50,297 nt of DNA, taken from assembly GCA_036339875.1 (NCBI GenBank), contig JAYZAC010000122.1:1-50297 (forward strand). Direction: 5' to 3'. Origin of the DNA: a bacterium (GTDB lineage: Bacteria; Muiribacteriota; UBA6191). Shown here piece by piece: positions 17,911 to 28,457 of the stretch. The number at the start of each line of letters is the position of its first letter. Position 1 is the first letter of the stretch. Made by a program: the position numbers and the translations under genes. The notes under the pieces were generated by a model. That model made no database searches, was not told the DNA's origin, and saw only the letters and a list, made by a program, of their open reading frames with translations.

Positions 17911-20655
17911 TTATCCAGTGGTTCTTTCTCCGCCTGCAATCGCATTTATAGTAAGCATTAATCGCAGGAGGAGACTTTCCTTTTCATGTTCTGGCAACGC
18001 CATCAGTTGATGTCTGAATTTCCGCAATAATCTTATTTGTTGAAGATGTAATTGTCGCAGAGCAGCAGATCTTTTCTCAAGCGTTCGAGTGAGTTTTGGA
18101 CGGCGAATTTCGAGTGATCCACCCAGCACTTTATCAAGCATACTACGACAAAGTTTTAACTCTGCAATTACTTGGTTCATTAATCGTTCTCTTGATTGTT
18201 CATTCGGCCACAATTTAGAGTATTCAAGCATCAAATCGATATTTGCACTAGCTAGACTAGTATCGACATTCAAAAGAACATAACTCAAGAATGGGATTGA
18301 ACGAAGCTTTAAGCACAAGTCTTCAAAAGCTTCGGCTTTATGATCTTTTAAACTTTTGAGTGCGCTACCAACTCCATACCAACCAGGTAGATAGAATCTT
18401 GATTGATTCCAAGCGAATACCCAAGGAATTGCTCTAAGATCGTCGAGGCTTTGGCGACCTTTCCGACGGGACGGTCTTGAACCAAATTGACAAAGCTCTA
18501 TGGCATCAATAGGGGTTACATGGTTGAAAAACGGAATAAAATCAACATCATTCAATAAATTTTGGTATTTTTTTTGACTAACTTCTGCAAGGTATGCAAA
18601 AGTTTCTTGATAAGCTGGGTGTGATTGTCCCTTAGCATCTCTGAAGCTGGCGTAGGCTACGCCTGACATCGTAATTTCTAAATTTACAGTAGCCGTCAGT
18701 AAATTAGCATATTTCTGTGCTATTGTTTCGCCTTGTTCTGTCATTCTGAATTTACCCGCTAGACTTCCGTTTGGAAGTGCTTCCAGAAATCTATCCATGG
18801 GTCCGGCACCACGGCTAACGGTGCCCCCGCGACCATGAAAAAAGACTATACGAACTTTGCTTTTAGAACCCACAGCTAAGAGACTTTCTTGCGCGCGGTG
18901 TAAATTCCATTGACTTGCCAGGATTCCGCCATCTTTACAGCTATCTGAATAACCAATCATGACCTGTTGCTGAGGTGAGTCGTAACTTAAAGCTGACTGC
19001 TGGTATTTTAGACTACGTACTGTTACGGGATGTTCAAGAAAGTCTCCTAAAATTTGGGGGCTTTGCTTTAAGTCTTCAACCGTTTCAAATAGTGGAACAA
19101 TGGGCAGACGACAAACTAAGCCATTGCCTTCATCAACAGCAAGTCCAGATTCTCTAGCTAGAAGATATACAGTCAGTAAATCAGATAGTGATCTTGTCAT
19201 GCTGACAATCAGGCTACCCATGCAATCGGCTGTGGATTGTTCCATGAAAAGTCTGATTGCTCTGTAACAATTTAATACCTTATCAGCTTCGATACCAACC
19301 CGATTACTTGAATGCGTAAAAGGTCGTGGACTTTGTAGTTCTTCATTGAGCCACTGTAAGCGTTGAGCCTCTTTCATCTCTAGCCAGTTAAGCTCAATAC
19401 CGGCACAATGGATTAATTGTTGCAATGCTTTTTCATGAAAAGCTGAATTTTGACGAATATCTAGCCCAGCCCCATGGAAGCCAAAGGTTTCCACCAAACG
19501 CAGAAGTTTGAAAAGATCTTCATTAGCTAATCTTGATGCACCTATTTTTAGCAGACTATTTTTCATTATGAGAAGATCAGAAACTAACTCGGCTGTCTTT
19601 ATATATTGAAATTGACAGGACCCTTCGTTAGAAGGAAGCCTTGCAACAAGACTCAGCATCGCTTGCTTCCAAGGTTCATCACTTAAACTCTTTAAATTTA
19701 CTTGGGACGCTTCAGGAAGCATTTCGAGATTGTAATTAATCATCTTTTGAAGGTCTTCAGGAACTGGATGGTAACGCCTTGTCAAAGTTAGTTTCTGAGC
19801 AGTTTGTCGAAATTCAGCGTTTAGAATACTTAAAGCAGTCTGGCGTAGCATTTGCAGAGTTTTCGCGGTGACTTCTGAGGTTACATATGGGTGTCCATCA
19901 CGATCACCGCCAACCCAGTTCCCAAGTTGAAATCTTGGATAGCTGTCTGGATTTTGAGCTAAATCGGACGATACATTATTTTTCAGAAGTGCTTGTTTGA
20001 GACGGATATCAAGTTGATGAAGGGTTTCTGGAAATACGGTCTTAATGTAGTGAAGCATACCCTGAAGCTCTTGGAGAACCTCAGGCTTTTTCGACAAGAT
20101 TTCTCCTGTTCGCCATAATCTTTCAAGACTAAGTAGAATTTCATCTCGAATCGCTTCTTTCTCCTGTGAAGACCAACGAGGACTTTTTATTTTTAGAAGT
20201 AGTAAGTAAAGTTCTCGATGATGAGTGAGGACTTGTGGTGGTTTGGCTTCTGTGGGATGCGCAGTCAGTACAGGTTCGAAATTGACCTTATGAAGTCCCT
20301 CACAAAGTTCCTGATGGCTCATACCTAGTTCAAGGCATTGTTGGATTCTGTGATTCCAGTAACCGGGAATTTTACCCTCAAGTCTTTGTTCTTCAAGTCT
20401 TCGAAAATGGTTTGCCGTATTCTCTTCAACCATATTAAGAAACTGAAAAAACATGGACAGGGCCTGAATAGATCTTTCATCAAGTTCCATACCATCGCTG
20501 ATACGATCCTGTTCAACGTTTCTCAAAAATTCAGCAAGACTATGCTCTCCCAGTTCTATTAACACCTCTCTAAAACCTTGCAATAGAAATTTGAGATCTT
20601 CATCCACTTGTTGATACATGGATTCTATAGTTTGTAATTTATCAGAAAATGTCAT
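17911..20655 (-). CDS. ppc: Phosphoenolpyruvate carboxylase (bacterial type)
   Basis: VLTAHPTE, WVGGDRDGHP, VMIGYSDSCKDGG, FHGRGG, LRAIPWVFAW, C-terminal IAGGERTTG. Confidence 0.95.
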   Translation of the reverse strand: MTFSDKLQTIESMYQQVDEDLKFLLQGFREVLIELGEHSLAEFLRNVEQDRISDGMELDERSIQALSMFFQFLNMVEENTANHFRRLEEQRLEGKIPGYWNHRIQQCLELGMSHQELCEGLHKVNFEPVLTAHPTEAKPPQVLTHHRELYLLLLKIKSPRWSSQEKEAIRDEILLSLERLWRTGEILSKKPEVLQELQGMLHYIKTVFPETLHQLDIRLKQALLKNNVSSDLAQNPDSYPRFQLGNWVGGDRDGHPYVTSEVTAKTLQMLRQTALSILNAEFRQTAQKLTLTRRYHPVPEDLQKMINYNLEMLPEASQVNLKSLSDEPWKQAMLSLVARLPSNEGSCQFQYIKTAELVSDLLIMKNSLLKIGASRLANEDLFKLLRLVETFGFHGAGLDIRQNSAFHEKALQQLIHCAGIELNWLEMKEAQRLQWLNEELQSPRPFTHSSNRVGIEADKVLNCYRAIRLFMEQSTADCMGSLIVSMTRSLSDLLTVYLLARESGLAVDEGNGLVCRLPIVPLFETVEDLKQSPQILGDFLEHPVTVRSLKYQQSALSYDSPQQQVMIGYSDSCKDGGILASQWNLHRAQESLLAVGSKSKVRIVFFHGRGGTVSRGAGPMDRFLEALPNGSLAGKFRMTEQGETIAQKYANLLTATVNLEITMSGVAYASFRDAKGQSHPAYQETFAYLAEVSQKKYQNLLNDVDFIPFFNHVTPIDAIELCQFGSRPSRRKGRQSLDDLRAIPWVFAWNQSRFYLPGWYGVGSALKSLKDHKAEAFEDLCLKLRSIPFLSYVLLNVDTSLASANIDLMLEYSKLWPNEQSRERLMNQVIAELKLCRSMLDKVLGGSLEIRRPKLTRTLEKRSAALRQLHLQQIRLLRKFRHQLMALPEHEKESLLLRLMLTINAIAGGERTTG

Positions 20656-20664
20656 TTTAATTCT

Positions 20665-20901
20665 CTAGAAAAAAGCAAGAGATGAATCGTGTTCTTTGAG
20701 CATGATTTCAAGTTTCTTGAGACAAGCATTCATTGCTCTATCATCATCAAAAAATAGTAAATATTCACCTGGTGATACTTCCAGTATTTGTTCATGCATC
20801 GACAGTTGATGAACTCGGTCAAGTAGACTCGTACTTTTCGTGTTAAGGACAAAGTGATAGGGGTGCTCATCAAGAAATTTATTTATTATTTTTTTCGTCA
20901 T
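20665..20901 (-). CDS. Small hypothetical protein
   Basis: 78 aa, AGGAGG RBS upstream, ends 9 nt before the ppc start. Confidence 0.6.
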   Translation of the reverse strand: MTKKIINKFLDEHPYHFVLNTKSTSLLDRVHQLSMHEQILEVSPGEYLLFFDDDRAMNACLKKLEIMLKEHDSSLAFF

Positions 20902-20977
20902 CCTTAATGCCTCCTGATAATTGGCGATATCATTTTATTCGCTGGGTCATTAGTGAGCAAGTGAAGCCATTGTTTGA

Positions 20978-22003
20978 TTAAACTTTGAAACTATCATTGA
21001 TTGCATCTAAAGCTTTTGGATTAGGTCTTAACTCTTTCTCAGACAAATATGCCAAGGCCGTATCTGGTAACTGCATCTGCTCGGCAAATGATGGGGTGTT
21101 TTGATCTAGGTAAATTAATCCAGTAAGGAATTTGTCTTGCTGAATGGCATCGTCTAAGGCTACCAGTGCCGCCATACGTTTTCTAGGGTCGTAATTTTCG
21201 CGTAACTTGGTTAGCACAATGCGTGACCCGTCGTGCAGGGTTACCTCTACATCTGTTCCTGGATCATAATCAACGGCTATATCTTCAGCCGGTGGTGTGA
21301 AATCAAGGTCGTGAACAGGATCAAGGTTGGCCCGTATGCTCTTCAAACTTTTTGTCGAGCCTTCATGATTGTTAAAAGTTACGCATGGAGAAAGAACGTC
21401 CAATATCGCCGTACCTTGATGGGCTGCAGCCGCTTGAATAAGAGGCGCTAATTGTTTTCTATCTCCGGAAAAACTACGAGCCACAAAGGTAGCCCCCATT
21501 GTAATTGCAAGTTGGCAAATATCAATTGGATCGTTTTGATTAATCTGACCTTTCTTTAGAACGGTACCTTTATCAGCCGTAGCGCTAAACTGACCCTTAG
21601 TTAATCCATAAACTCCATTGTTTTCAATTATGTAGGTTATATTAAGATTACGACGTACCATGTGACAGAAGTTTCCAAGTCCAATAGCCGAAGTATCGCC
21701 ATCCCCCGACACTCCGATAGGTGTCATCAGATGATTGGCTGCATGTGCACCCGTAGCAATTGCTGCCATACGTCCGTGAACGGAGTTGATGCCAAAACTT
21801 TGACCCATAAAATAAGCCGGTGTTTTGGAAGAACATCCAATTCCACTTAATTTCATTACAGTACGCGGGTCAATACTACTCTCGTAAAAAGCCTTACGTA
21901 TTGATGCGGAAATTGCATCATGACCACACCCTTGGCACATAGAGGAAGGAGCGCCTTGATAATCTTTCTCACTTAACTCTATTTTGTTAACTTTCTGATT
22001 CAT
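20978..22003 (-). CDS. korB: 2-oxoacid:ferredoxin oxidoreductase beta subunit
   Basis: CQGCGH, SGIGCSSK, HGR, TPP motif GDGD...NNGVYGLTKGQ, SPCVTFN. Confidence 0.9.
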   Translation of the reverse strand: MNQKVNKIELSEKDYQGAPSSMCQGCGHDAISASIRKAFYESSIDPRTVMKLSGIGCSSKTPAYFMGQSFGINSVHGRMAAIATGAHAANHLMTPIGVSGDGDTSAIGLGNFCHMVRRNLNITYIIENNGVYGLTKGQFSATADKGTVLKKGQINQNDPIDICQLAITMGATFVARSFSGDRKQLAPLIQAAAAHQGTAILDVLSPCVTFNNHEGSTKSLKSIRANLDPVHDLDFTPPAEDIAVDYDPGTDVEVTLHDGSRIVLTKLRENYDPRKRMAALVALDDAIQQDKFLTGLIYLDQNTPSFAEQMQLPDTALAYLSEKELRPNPKALDAINDSFKV

Positions 22004-23793
22004 TACACTTCTCCCAATCTATTATATTCTTCCATAACTCCGCCAGCGGTGATGGGTAATCCGTTGAAAACTCTGATAGAATTTATTTTGTGAGATAATT
22101 CTGGCCTCTCATCTCGAATGATGGAGAGCACTTGGCCGTCACGATTTTGCTCAACTAGGTAGACTTTTTCATGTCCTTCGATAAAAGCATATAATTCATC
22201 ATGGAGTGGCAGCCCAAGTGGGATTATAATGTCTGCCTCAATGCCTTTTTTACTCAACCTCGAAACAGCTTCGCGAGTTGCCTCAACGCTCGAGCCCAAC
22301 GCTATAAAACCGATTTTTTGATCTCCATTTCCTAAGACTACAGGAGGGGGAATTAATTCTCTGGCTGTTTCAAGTTTTTGACGAACTCTCAGTAGAGTAT
22401 CACGATATTCGTCTTCATGCTCACTACGCCTTCCAAGGCTATTTTGTAGTGCCCCCGAAGTAAAGTAAGCTGCATCTCGATGCATATTTCCAGGTATTGT
22501 TCGAGCAGCTACTCCATCTCCATCTTCATCCATAAATCTTGCAAATTTTTCGCCTCGTGCTTTTAGATCTTCTTCGCTCAATACCTCTCCTCTATCCAAT
22601 GGAGCACCACTGTCTTCAAGAGGCTCACTTATCCATAGGTTCATACCTAGGTCGAGGTCAGAGGCGAAAAAGACCGTTGTTTGTAGACGCTCAGACAGAT
22701 CAAAACTAAATCTTGATAACTCAAAGTTTGTTCTCATGTCATAGGGAATTAAAACTGGGTGTTTTGTATCTCCATGAGAACATGTGTACATGCTGAGTAA
22801 ATCAGATTGCTGGGTTCTTGTTGGAAGACCAGTTGACGGACCACCTCTTTGAATTATAAAGATATTGCACGGAACCTCTCCAAAATAACTAAGACCTACC
22901 ATTTCATTCATCAATGATAAACCTGGACCGCTAGTACATGTCATTGAGCGAGCACCAGCCCAATTGGCACCAAGCACCATACCAGCTGCAGCAATTTCAT
23001 CCTCTGCTTGGATGACGGCGTAGGTTTTTTTTCCATCTTTCTCTGGTCGTAATTTAGGTAAATATTGTTCGATCGATTCGGCAAGTGAGGAGGATGGGGT
23101 TATGGGATACCAAGACACTACACTCACACCACCAAAAATACATCCAAGAGCGGCGGCAGTATTACCTTCAAGAATGATTTTATTTTTATTACCTCCATCA
23201 ATTTCTTCTAGTGTACCTAAGTCATGAGATATATTTTGTTCTAGAATAGATTCATAACCGACTTTAATACATCGTAAATTACTTTCAATAACTTCTGGTT
23301 TGTTACCAAAAGTTGCTTTCAGTACGTATTCGATTGAGTTCATTGAAACGTTAAAAAGACCTGCAACCGCACCTACATAAACCATATTTCGCATTTTCTT
23401 TCGCAGTACACCAGCTTTAACATTATCTTTCACTAGTTGCTCTGCGGGAACACCAACGTACTGAACTCCTTCCACCAGTAATGAATCATCCAGTTCTTTG
23501 GTACTATCGTAGACGACCATTCCACCTTTGCGGACTCGGGTTACATCTTCGGTTTCTGTGGCCGGGTTAAATATTACCATTACATCTATAACATCTTTGC
23601 GAGCCATAAAGCCTTCCGCATTCGCTCGTATTTGATACCAGGTAGGAAGTCCTTGTATGTTTGAGGGGAACATATTCTTACTAGAACAGGGGATTCCCAT
23701 GTGAAAGATTGATTTGAAAAGAATATTGTTTGATGATGCACTACCGGAGCCATTGGCTGTAGCAACGCAGATATTGATATCATTTATTGGCAT
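22003..23793 (-). CDS. korA: 2-oxoacid:ferredoxin oxidoreductase alpha subunit (gamma-alpha fusion)
   Basis: NGSGS, FPSNIQG, YPITPSS, QAEDEIAA, TSGPGLSLM, QRGGPSTGLPT. TAATG coupling to the beta gene. Confidence 0.9.
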   Translation of the reverse strand: MPINDINICVATANGSGSASSNNILFKSIFHMGIPCSSKNMFPSNIQGLPTWYQIRANAEGFMARKDVIDVMVIFNPATETEDVTRVRKGGMVVYDSTKELDDSLLVEGVQYVGVPAEQLVKDNVKAGVLRKKMRNMVYVGAVAGLFNVSMNSIEYVLKATFGNKPEVIESNLRCIKVGYESILEQNISHDLGTLEEIDGGNKNKIILEGNTAAALGCIFGGVSVVSWYPITPSSSLAESIEQYLPKLRPEKDGKKTYAVIQAEDEIAAAGMVLGANWAGARSMTCTSGPGLSLMNEMVGLSYFGEVPCNIFIIQRGGPSTGLPTRTQQSDLLSMYTCSHGDTKHPVLIPYDMRTNFELSRFSFDLSERLQTTVFFASDLDLGMNLWISEPLEDSGAPLDRGEVLSEEDLKARGEKFARFMDEDGDGVAARTIPGNMHRDAAYFTSGALQNSLGRRSEHEDEYRDTLLRVRQKLETARELIPPPVVLGNGDQKIGFIALGSSVEATREAVSRLSKKGIEADIIIPLGLPLHDELYAFIEGHEKVYLVEQNRDGQVLSIIRDERPELSHKINSIRVFNGLPITAGGVMEEYNRLGEV

Positions 23794-23831
23794 AAAAATT
23801 CCCTAATACATGGCAGATTCAGAAAATTCGA

Positions 23832-23860
23832 AATATAGCCATTTTTCGCTATAATCACAA
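23832..23860 (-). promoter_or_regulatory. Possible sigma70-type promoter for korAB
   Basis: Minus strand TTGTGA-17 nt-TATATT, about 40 nt upstream of the korA start. Confidence 0.35.
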
Positions 23861-23883
23861 GAGATTCCCAACTTTAGTAATGC

Positions 23884-26268
23884 TTACATTGATTCGGGAT
23901 GCAAATAAATCCACCAACCTGTTTTACGGAGCGTATGTTCAACTCTTGTTTGCATTTCATAATTTGAGCAAGAAGCACAATCTTCAGCAATCAGCCAATT
24001 TCCCTTATGGCCATCCCACAAACTTACGTTTTTAGTAGCATCCATGCTTAAGGCTTGATTTCTCAATCTTTGATATGCCGTTGAATGCCAGATTTCATTA
24101 AAACTATTTTCCTTTAAGTCGCCGACAATTCTGTCATGAAAGCAATAGCTTAATCTCCCGTCTACAAAGTTTCGTAATACAAAGTAACCAGCATAACAAC
24201 GCTTTCGAATTCGAGATCCTTTGGAATTTTTTAATATCGTATTTGTGGGGTTATTTAATCGTTTTTCAAGGTCTATACTTTCGGGAAGAGTAGTAGGTTT
24301 TGCAGACTTTTTCCATACCCCAGATTTAATCTCAGGGGAGTCTCTAACCAAACGTTCATCCTTACGCTCTAATTGCCAATTAATATTGGCTTCCACCAGC
24401 ATTTGACCCTGCATATTATTATTTAATAAATTTTCAATAGTTTGTTTAATCCATACTAATTCTTCATAATTAGGTAGTTGTTCATGCAATTCACTACAAA
24501 CCGGTTGCATTAATTGAAATCGTAATTCGTCGACTCCAAGATCTCTAGCTTGAATAATCATCTTCTCGATTTGAGTGTAGTTTTGCTTGCAGAGGGCGTG
24601 GATAACTATGACGCGAGTATGTGCCTGAATTTTATTCTTAATCTCGATAAATCGCTTCAAATTCTTTTTAACGCGCTCAAATTGTCCCTTAGTTGCACCT
24701 GGGTGTAAGGTAATCCAAGTTTCTTCATCTGCTGCATGAATACTCCAATAGAATTTGACTAAGCCTGCTCGTAAAAGTTTTACAGATTGATCTTCGTTAA
24801 CAACTAGACCGTTCGTGAATAAATATGGATTCATTTCACTCGAACTTAAGCCTTGCACAATAGAAGAGGCATTTTTATGTAGAATGGGTTCGCCTCCACC
24901 AATCAGAAGAACCTCGTCTGCTCCTCCTGATCTAGTTAAATCTTCCTGTAAGTTTTTGTAAATTTGAAAATTTAAATCTAAGGTTTGCCAACCGGAATGG
25001 GCCCATACTCTCTCCTTTATAAGAGGACTGTGGTAACCGCAGAAGGAACACTTCGTATTACACCGTGAAGTGAGGTCTAAGTGAACTGTCATAGGTGCAA
25101 TGAGAGATTTACGCCACAAGATGCTCGCAATTCGAACAAAATAGTTCCAAGGCTTTTCATAGCTTGCGGTTTCCGATGGCCACTTTTTAACAGATTGATC
25201 TAGTTGATTTAATAATTCTACTAATACTGAATCTAGGAACTTTCCAGTTCCATTTAACTGGAAGCGTTCCATGAATCCATTCAGCATATTTCCTTCTGGT
25301 TCGTTAGCAATATAGCTATTAGCATTATGTAGATGTACGCCCGGGCTAGGCTTATTATTTTTTACGATATCGATTGGTTTTGGTTTGATATCCTTGGAAT
25401 CTTCAATCCAACAAAAATAATTCTGAGGAATTTCTCGATTAAATATTCGAACGGAATTTGTGGGCTCTTCGTTCGATTTATGGCTCGGAAATGTAAGTGC
25501 TTTTTGAATGAATTGCCATTCTTCGAAATAAGCGATCTCCAAAATGATTCTTTTATCCGAGGACAAATTTCTCCAATCTAAATTGATTAGTTTTGAGACT
25601 TGTAGTCCATCGAATTTTGGATTAGAAATGGAAGGTAAATCATATAAATTACGAATGGTATCGCTATTCTCATCGAATGGAAATAAGGCTGGAGTGAAGC
25701 ATAAATCTTTTTTGAGTTTTGTTCTTAGACCATTTCGATAGACTTGTAAATTTCTAGTCAAAGGAATCCTTAAAGTCTGCTTTTGATTAGAGAGTTTAAT
25801 CATATCGATCTGTTCTGACTTCTCCCTTTGTAGGTTATAGGTTATGCCGCCTAAATCAAGCTTTGAATCGTCATTTTCAAAGAACCTTATTCGTATATTT
25901 GTTTCAGGCTGTCTACAAAAAAGTTGTAGCGAGGAACGACTGAGCTGAGGAAATTTTACAAAATTATTTTGACAATTCCAGAGTATCCAAATCAAATCAG
26001 AGTCAAGGTGAATAATAGGAGTGGGATTATGAAATCGGCAATAATGTAAATAGTTAAGATATCGACTAAAAATTGAATCTAATGGTTCAATCGAGAAGGA
26101 AATATCGGTAAAAGGTTGCAAGAAATTCCAACGATGAATTGTTCGAATTGATTCGTTTTTTTCGAGATATCTACTGAGCCAATCCTGTTGACTACTAAGT
26201 GATAGTAAGTCTCGTTGACGAGAATCTAAATCTCGAACTAACTTATGGTTTAGAGCATCCAATGACAT
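23884..26268 (-). CDS. Radical SAM protein with SPASM/twitch domain and a long uncharacterised N-terminus
   Basis: CNTKCSFC (25039-25062), GGGEP, FTNG. C-terminal CYAG...DG..SYC...VGDLKENSFNEIW...CASC. Confidence 0.85.
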   Translation of the reverse strand: MSLDALNHKLVRDLDSRQRDLLSLSSQQDWLSRYLEKNESIRTIHRWNFLQPFTDISFSIEPLDSIFSRYLNYLHYCRFHNPTPIIHLDSDLIWILWNCQNNFVKFPQLSRSSLQLFCRQPETNIRIRFFENDDSKLDLGGITYNLQREKSEQIDMIKLSNQKQTLRIPLTRNLQVYRNGLRTKLKKDLCFTPALFPFDENSDTIRNLYDLPSISNPKFDGLQVSKLINLDWRNLSSDKRIILEIAYFEEWQFIQKALTFPSHKSNEEPTNSVRIFNREIPQNYFCWIEDSKDIKPKPIDIVKNNKPSPGVHLHNANSYIANEPEGNMLNGFMERFQLNGTGKFLDSVLVELLNQLDQSVKKWPSETASYEKPWNYFVRIASILWRKSLIAPMTVHLDLTSRCNTKCSFCGYHSPLIKERVWAHSGWQTLDLNFQIYKNLQEDLTRSGGADEVLLIGGGEPILHKNASSIVQGLSSSEMNPYLFTNGLVVNEDQSVKLLRAGLVKFYWSIHAADEETWITLHPGATKGQFERVKKNLKRFIEIKNKIQAHTRVIVIHALCKQNYTQIEKMIIQARDLGVDELRFQLMQPVCSELHEQLPNYEELVWIKQTIENLLNNNMQGQMLVEANINWQLERKDERLVRDSPEIKSGVWKKSAKPTTLPESIDLEKRLNNPTNTILKNSKGSRIRKRCYAGYFVLRNFVDGRLSYCFHDRIVGDLKENSFNEIWHSTAYQRLRNQALSMDATKNVSLWDGHKGNWLIAEDCASCSNYEMQTRVEHTLRKTGWWIYLHPESM

Positions 26269-26271
26269 TCG

Positions 26272-27183
26272 CTAAAGCGGTTTGTTAGAACTCTTGTAAC
26301 GATGATAATAAGTGCTGAATATATGATAACCAAGAAGAAAAATTGTCAAAGGTAAGCGAATCACGACTACTTTGAAAAATTGTTTGATTTGATGCCAAAT
26401 AACATACAAGGTCTGATTTTCGTAGCGGCCTAATCGTGTTTCGAGATCCTGAATGTAGACTTCTTTTGCATGAAGTTTCTTTTCGAACACACTATTACTC
26501 GGTTGTTGAAGTTCTAAGCTGTTTTTTGTATTTTCTAGCCCATTCGTTTGTGAAGATTCTTTATAGGATGCTTCACTCCATGCTTTGATTTCTTCTCTGT
26601 AGGTAGCTTGTAATGACTCTAGCTGTGATTCATAATTTTTTTTAGTTTCATTAATTTGATTGATGAAAAAGTTCTTGGTATCACAAAATTCAACGGCCGC
26701 TTTATTGGGTTTAACTTGCCACCAATCATGATCAACAAATTTTTTCCATTTGGTCTTGGAACGCGCAGTAATCTCATATACGGGAATCGTTGTATGAATT
26801 GAATCTGGTAATTTGTCCATCCACAGGATGCCATCACATATATTCAATATAATACTCTCAGAAATATTGGACTGTTCGAAACCATAGACTACAAGTCTAT
26901 GTTTATCGGTGTTAAGCCAATGAAGATGTGTTAAGCCAAAATCTTGAGGCGTAAGGATTATCAAATCGTTATTTTCTTCACAAAATTCAGTTGCAGATTT
27001 TTTTATTCTATATTGATCAAATTTGGAATAATCGATTTCTGTATCGCCCGCTATGTGAAGTTTATGTTTCGCAATTATTGAGTCAAATAGGGCATTTATC
27101 CATTTCAAGAGTTTCTTGTTTGAACCATCTTGAGGTAAAAAAATAAGAAAGCGATATTTAGGTTTTGTTTGAAACTGACTCAT
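26272..27183 (-). CDS. Hypothetical protein with C-terminal coiled coil and hydrophobic tail
   Basis: 303-aa ORF ending 3 nt before the radical SAM start. Heptad-like E/Q/K-rich segment followed by an amphipathic/hydrophobic C-terminus. Confidence 0.65.
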   Translation of the reverse strand: MSQFQTKPKYRFLIFLPQDGSNKKLLKWINALFDSIIAKHKLHIAGDTEIDYSKFDQYRIKKSATEFCEENNDLIILTPQDFGLTHLHWLNTDKHRLVVYGFEQSNISESIILNICDGILWMDKLPDSIHTTIPVYEITARSKTKWKKFVDHDWWQVKPNKAAVEFCDTKNFFINQINETKKNYESQLESLQATYREEIKAWSEASYKESSQTNGLENTKNSLELQQPSNSVFEKKLHAKEVYIQDLETRLGRYENQTLYVIWHQIKQFFKVVVIRLPLTIFLLGYHIFSTYYHRYKSSNKPL

Positions 27184-27271
27184 ATTGCAATTCTAACAGT
27201 AGCAGTGTTACTCCGAAACTATGTTTTTGGGTAGTTGGAACTTATTTTTAGTAATTAGTAGGGCCATTGAA

Positions 27272-28396
27272 TTAGTCAGCGAATATATCACCATTGTATT
27301 CATTATCGATATAATCATGGTATTCAGAGTCACCACCACCCAATGCTAATTCTACTCCGAAGTCAGTTGCGTTACTACTGGCCCTTTTAGCATATTGTTC
27401 ATCCACTAACCCTGCTTTCACTAGGTCAATAAGGTGCTGTGAGAATGTTTGGGTACCATATTGATTACGACCCTCCGCAATATATTTTTTAATCAGGTCT
27501 GTTTTCGAGTCGTCTAGAATACAGTCTTTGATCGTCTTGGTATTGAGCATTATCTCTATTGCGGCGATTCGGGCGTCCATATTTTTCCGTGGAACCAATC
27601 TTTGAGAAACGATCGCATTCAAATTATCGGCGATTCGAATACGGGCTATATCTTGCTCCTCAGGGGGGAAAACTGCAATTAATCGGGCTATAGTCTTTGG
27701 AGCATCGGGAGTGTGCGCGGTTGACATTACTAAATGACCAGTCTCCGCTGCTTTTAATGCCGTATCAATCGTTTCAGCATCTCGCATTTCACCAATTAGA
27801 ATTACATCCGGATCTTGTCGAAGAGCCGCACGTAATCCATTGTTAAATGAACCTGTGTCATTTCCGACTTCACGTTGAGTAATTGAACACTTATTATCTC
27901 GATAGAGAAACTCTATTGGATCCTCTAGTGTGATGATGTGACGATTGTGTTTTTCATTCATTTCTTGAATTAAAGCAGCTAATGTAGATGATTTACCTGA
28001 TCCGGTGACACCAGTAACGAGAGTTAAACCTCTTTCATGATCAGCCAGAGTTTTAACAACAGGGGGTAACAGTAATGAATCAATTGTTGGAATACCGAAC
28101 GCAATAACTCTCATTACTATTGCGAAGGATCCGCGTTGTCGAAAAATACTTACCCTGAAACGGCCAACTTTTGGTATTCCATAAGAGCAGTCATATTCCT
28201 TCAGACTTCTCATTCTTTCCCTGACTTCAGGGTCTGCTATCATTTTAGCTGCAACCGCTTGAACCTGTTGCGGTGTTAAACGATCCTTGGAGAGAGGCTG
28301 TAATACGCCATTGATTCTGGCACGAATGACGTCACCAGTCTTGATATGTAAATCAGATGCGCCTCTTTTGACTGCATCTACTATCAAATTCATCAT
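27272..28396 (-). CDS. pilT: PilT/PilU-family type IV pilus retraction ATPase
   Basis: ASDLHIK, GVTGSGKSST, TLEDPIE, QREVG, ALRQDPDVILIGEMRD, GHLVMSTAH. GGGGAG RBS. Confidence 0.88.
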   Translation of the reverse strand: MMNLIVDAVKRGASDLHIKTGDVIRARINGVLQPLSKDRLTPQQVQAVAAKMIADPEVRERMRSLKEYDCSYGIPKVGRFRVSIFRQRGSFAIVMRVIAFGIPTIDSLLLPPVVKTLADHERGLTLVTGVTGSGKSSTLAALIQEMNEKHNRHIITLEDPIEFLYRDNKCSITQREVGNDTGSFNNGLRAALRQDPDVILIGEMRDAETIDTALKAAETGHLVMSTAHTPDAPKTIARLIAVFPPEEQDIARIRIADNLNAIVSQRLVPRKNMDARIAAIEIMLNTKTIKDCILDDSKTDLIKKYIAEGRNQYGTQTFSQHLIDLVKAGLVDEQYAKRASSNATDFGVELALGGGDSEYHDYIDNEYNGDIFAD

Positions 28397-28457
28397 AATA
28401 TGCGCTCCCCTGGACCTATTTTACCGAAGTTTCCTCAGATTCTAACTAAGTTGTAAT

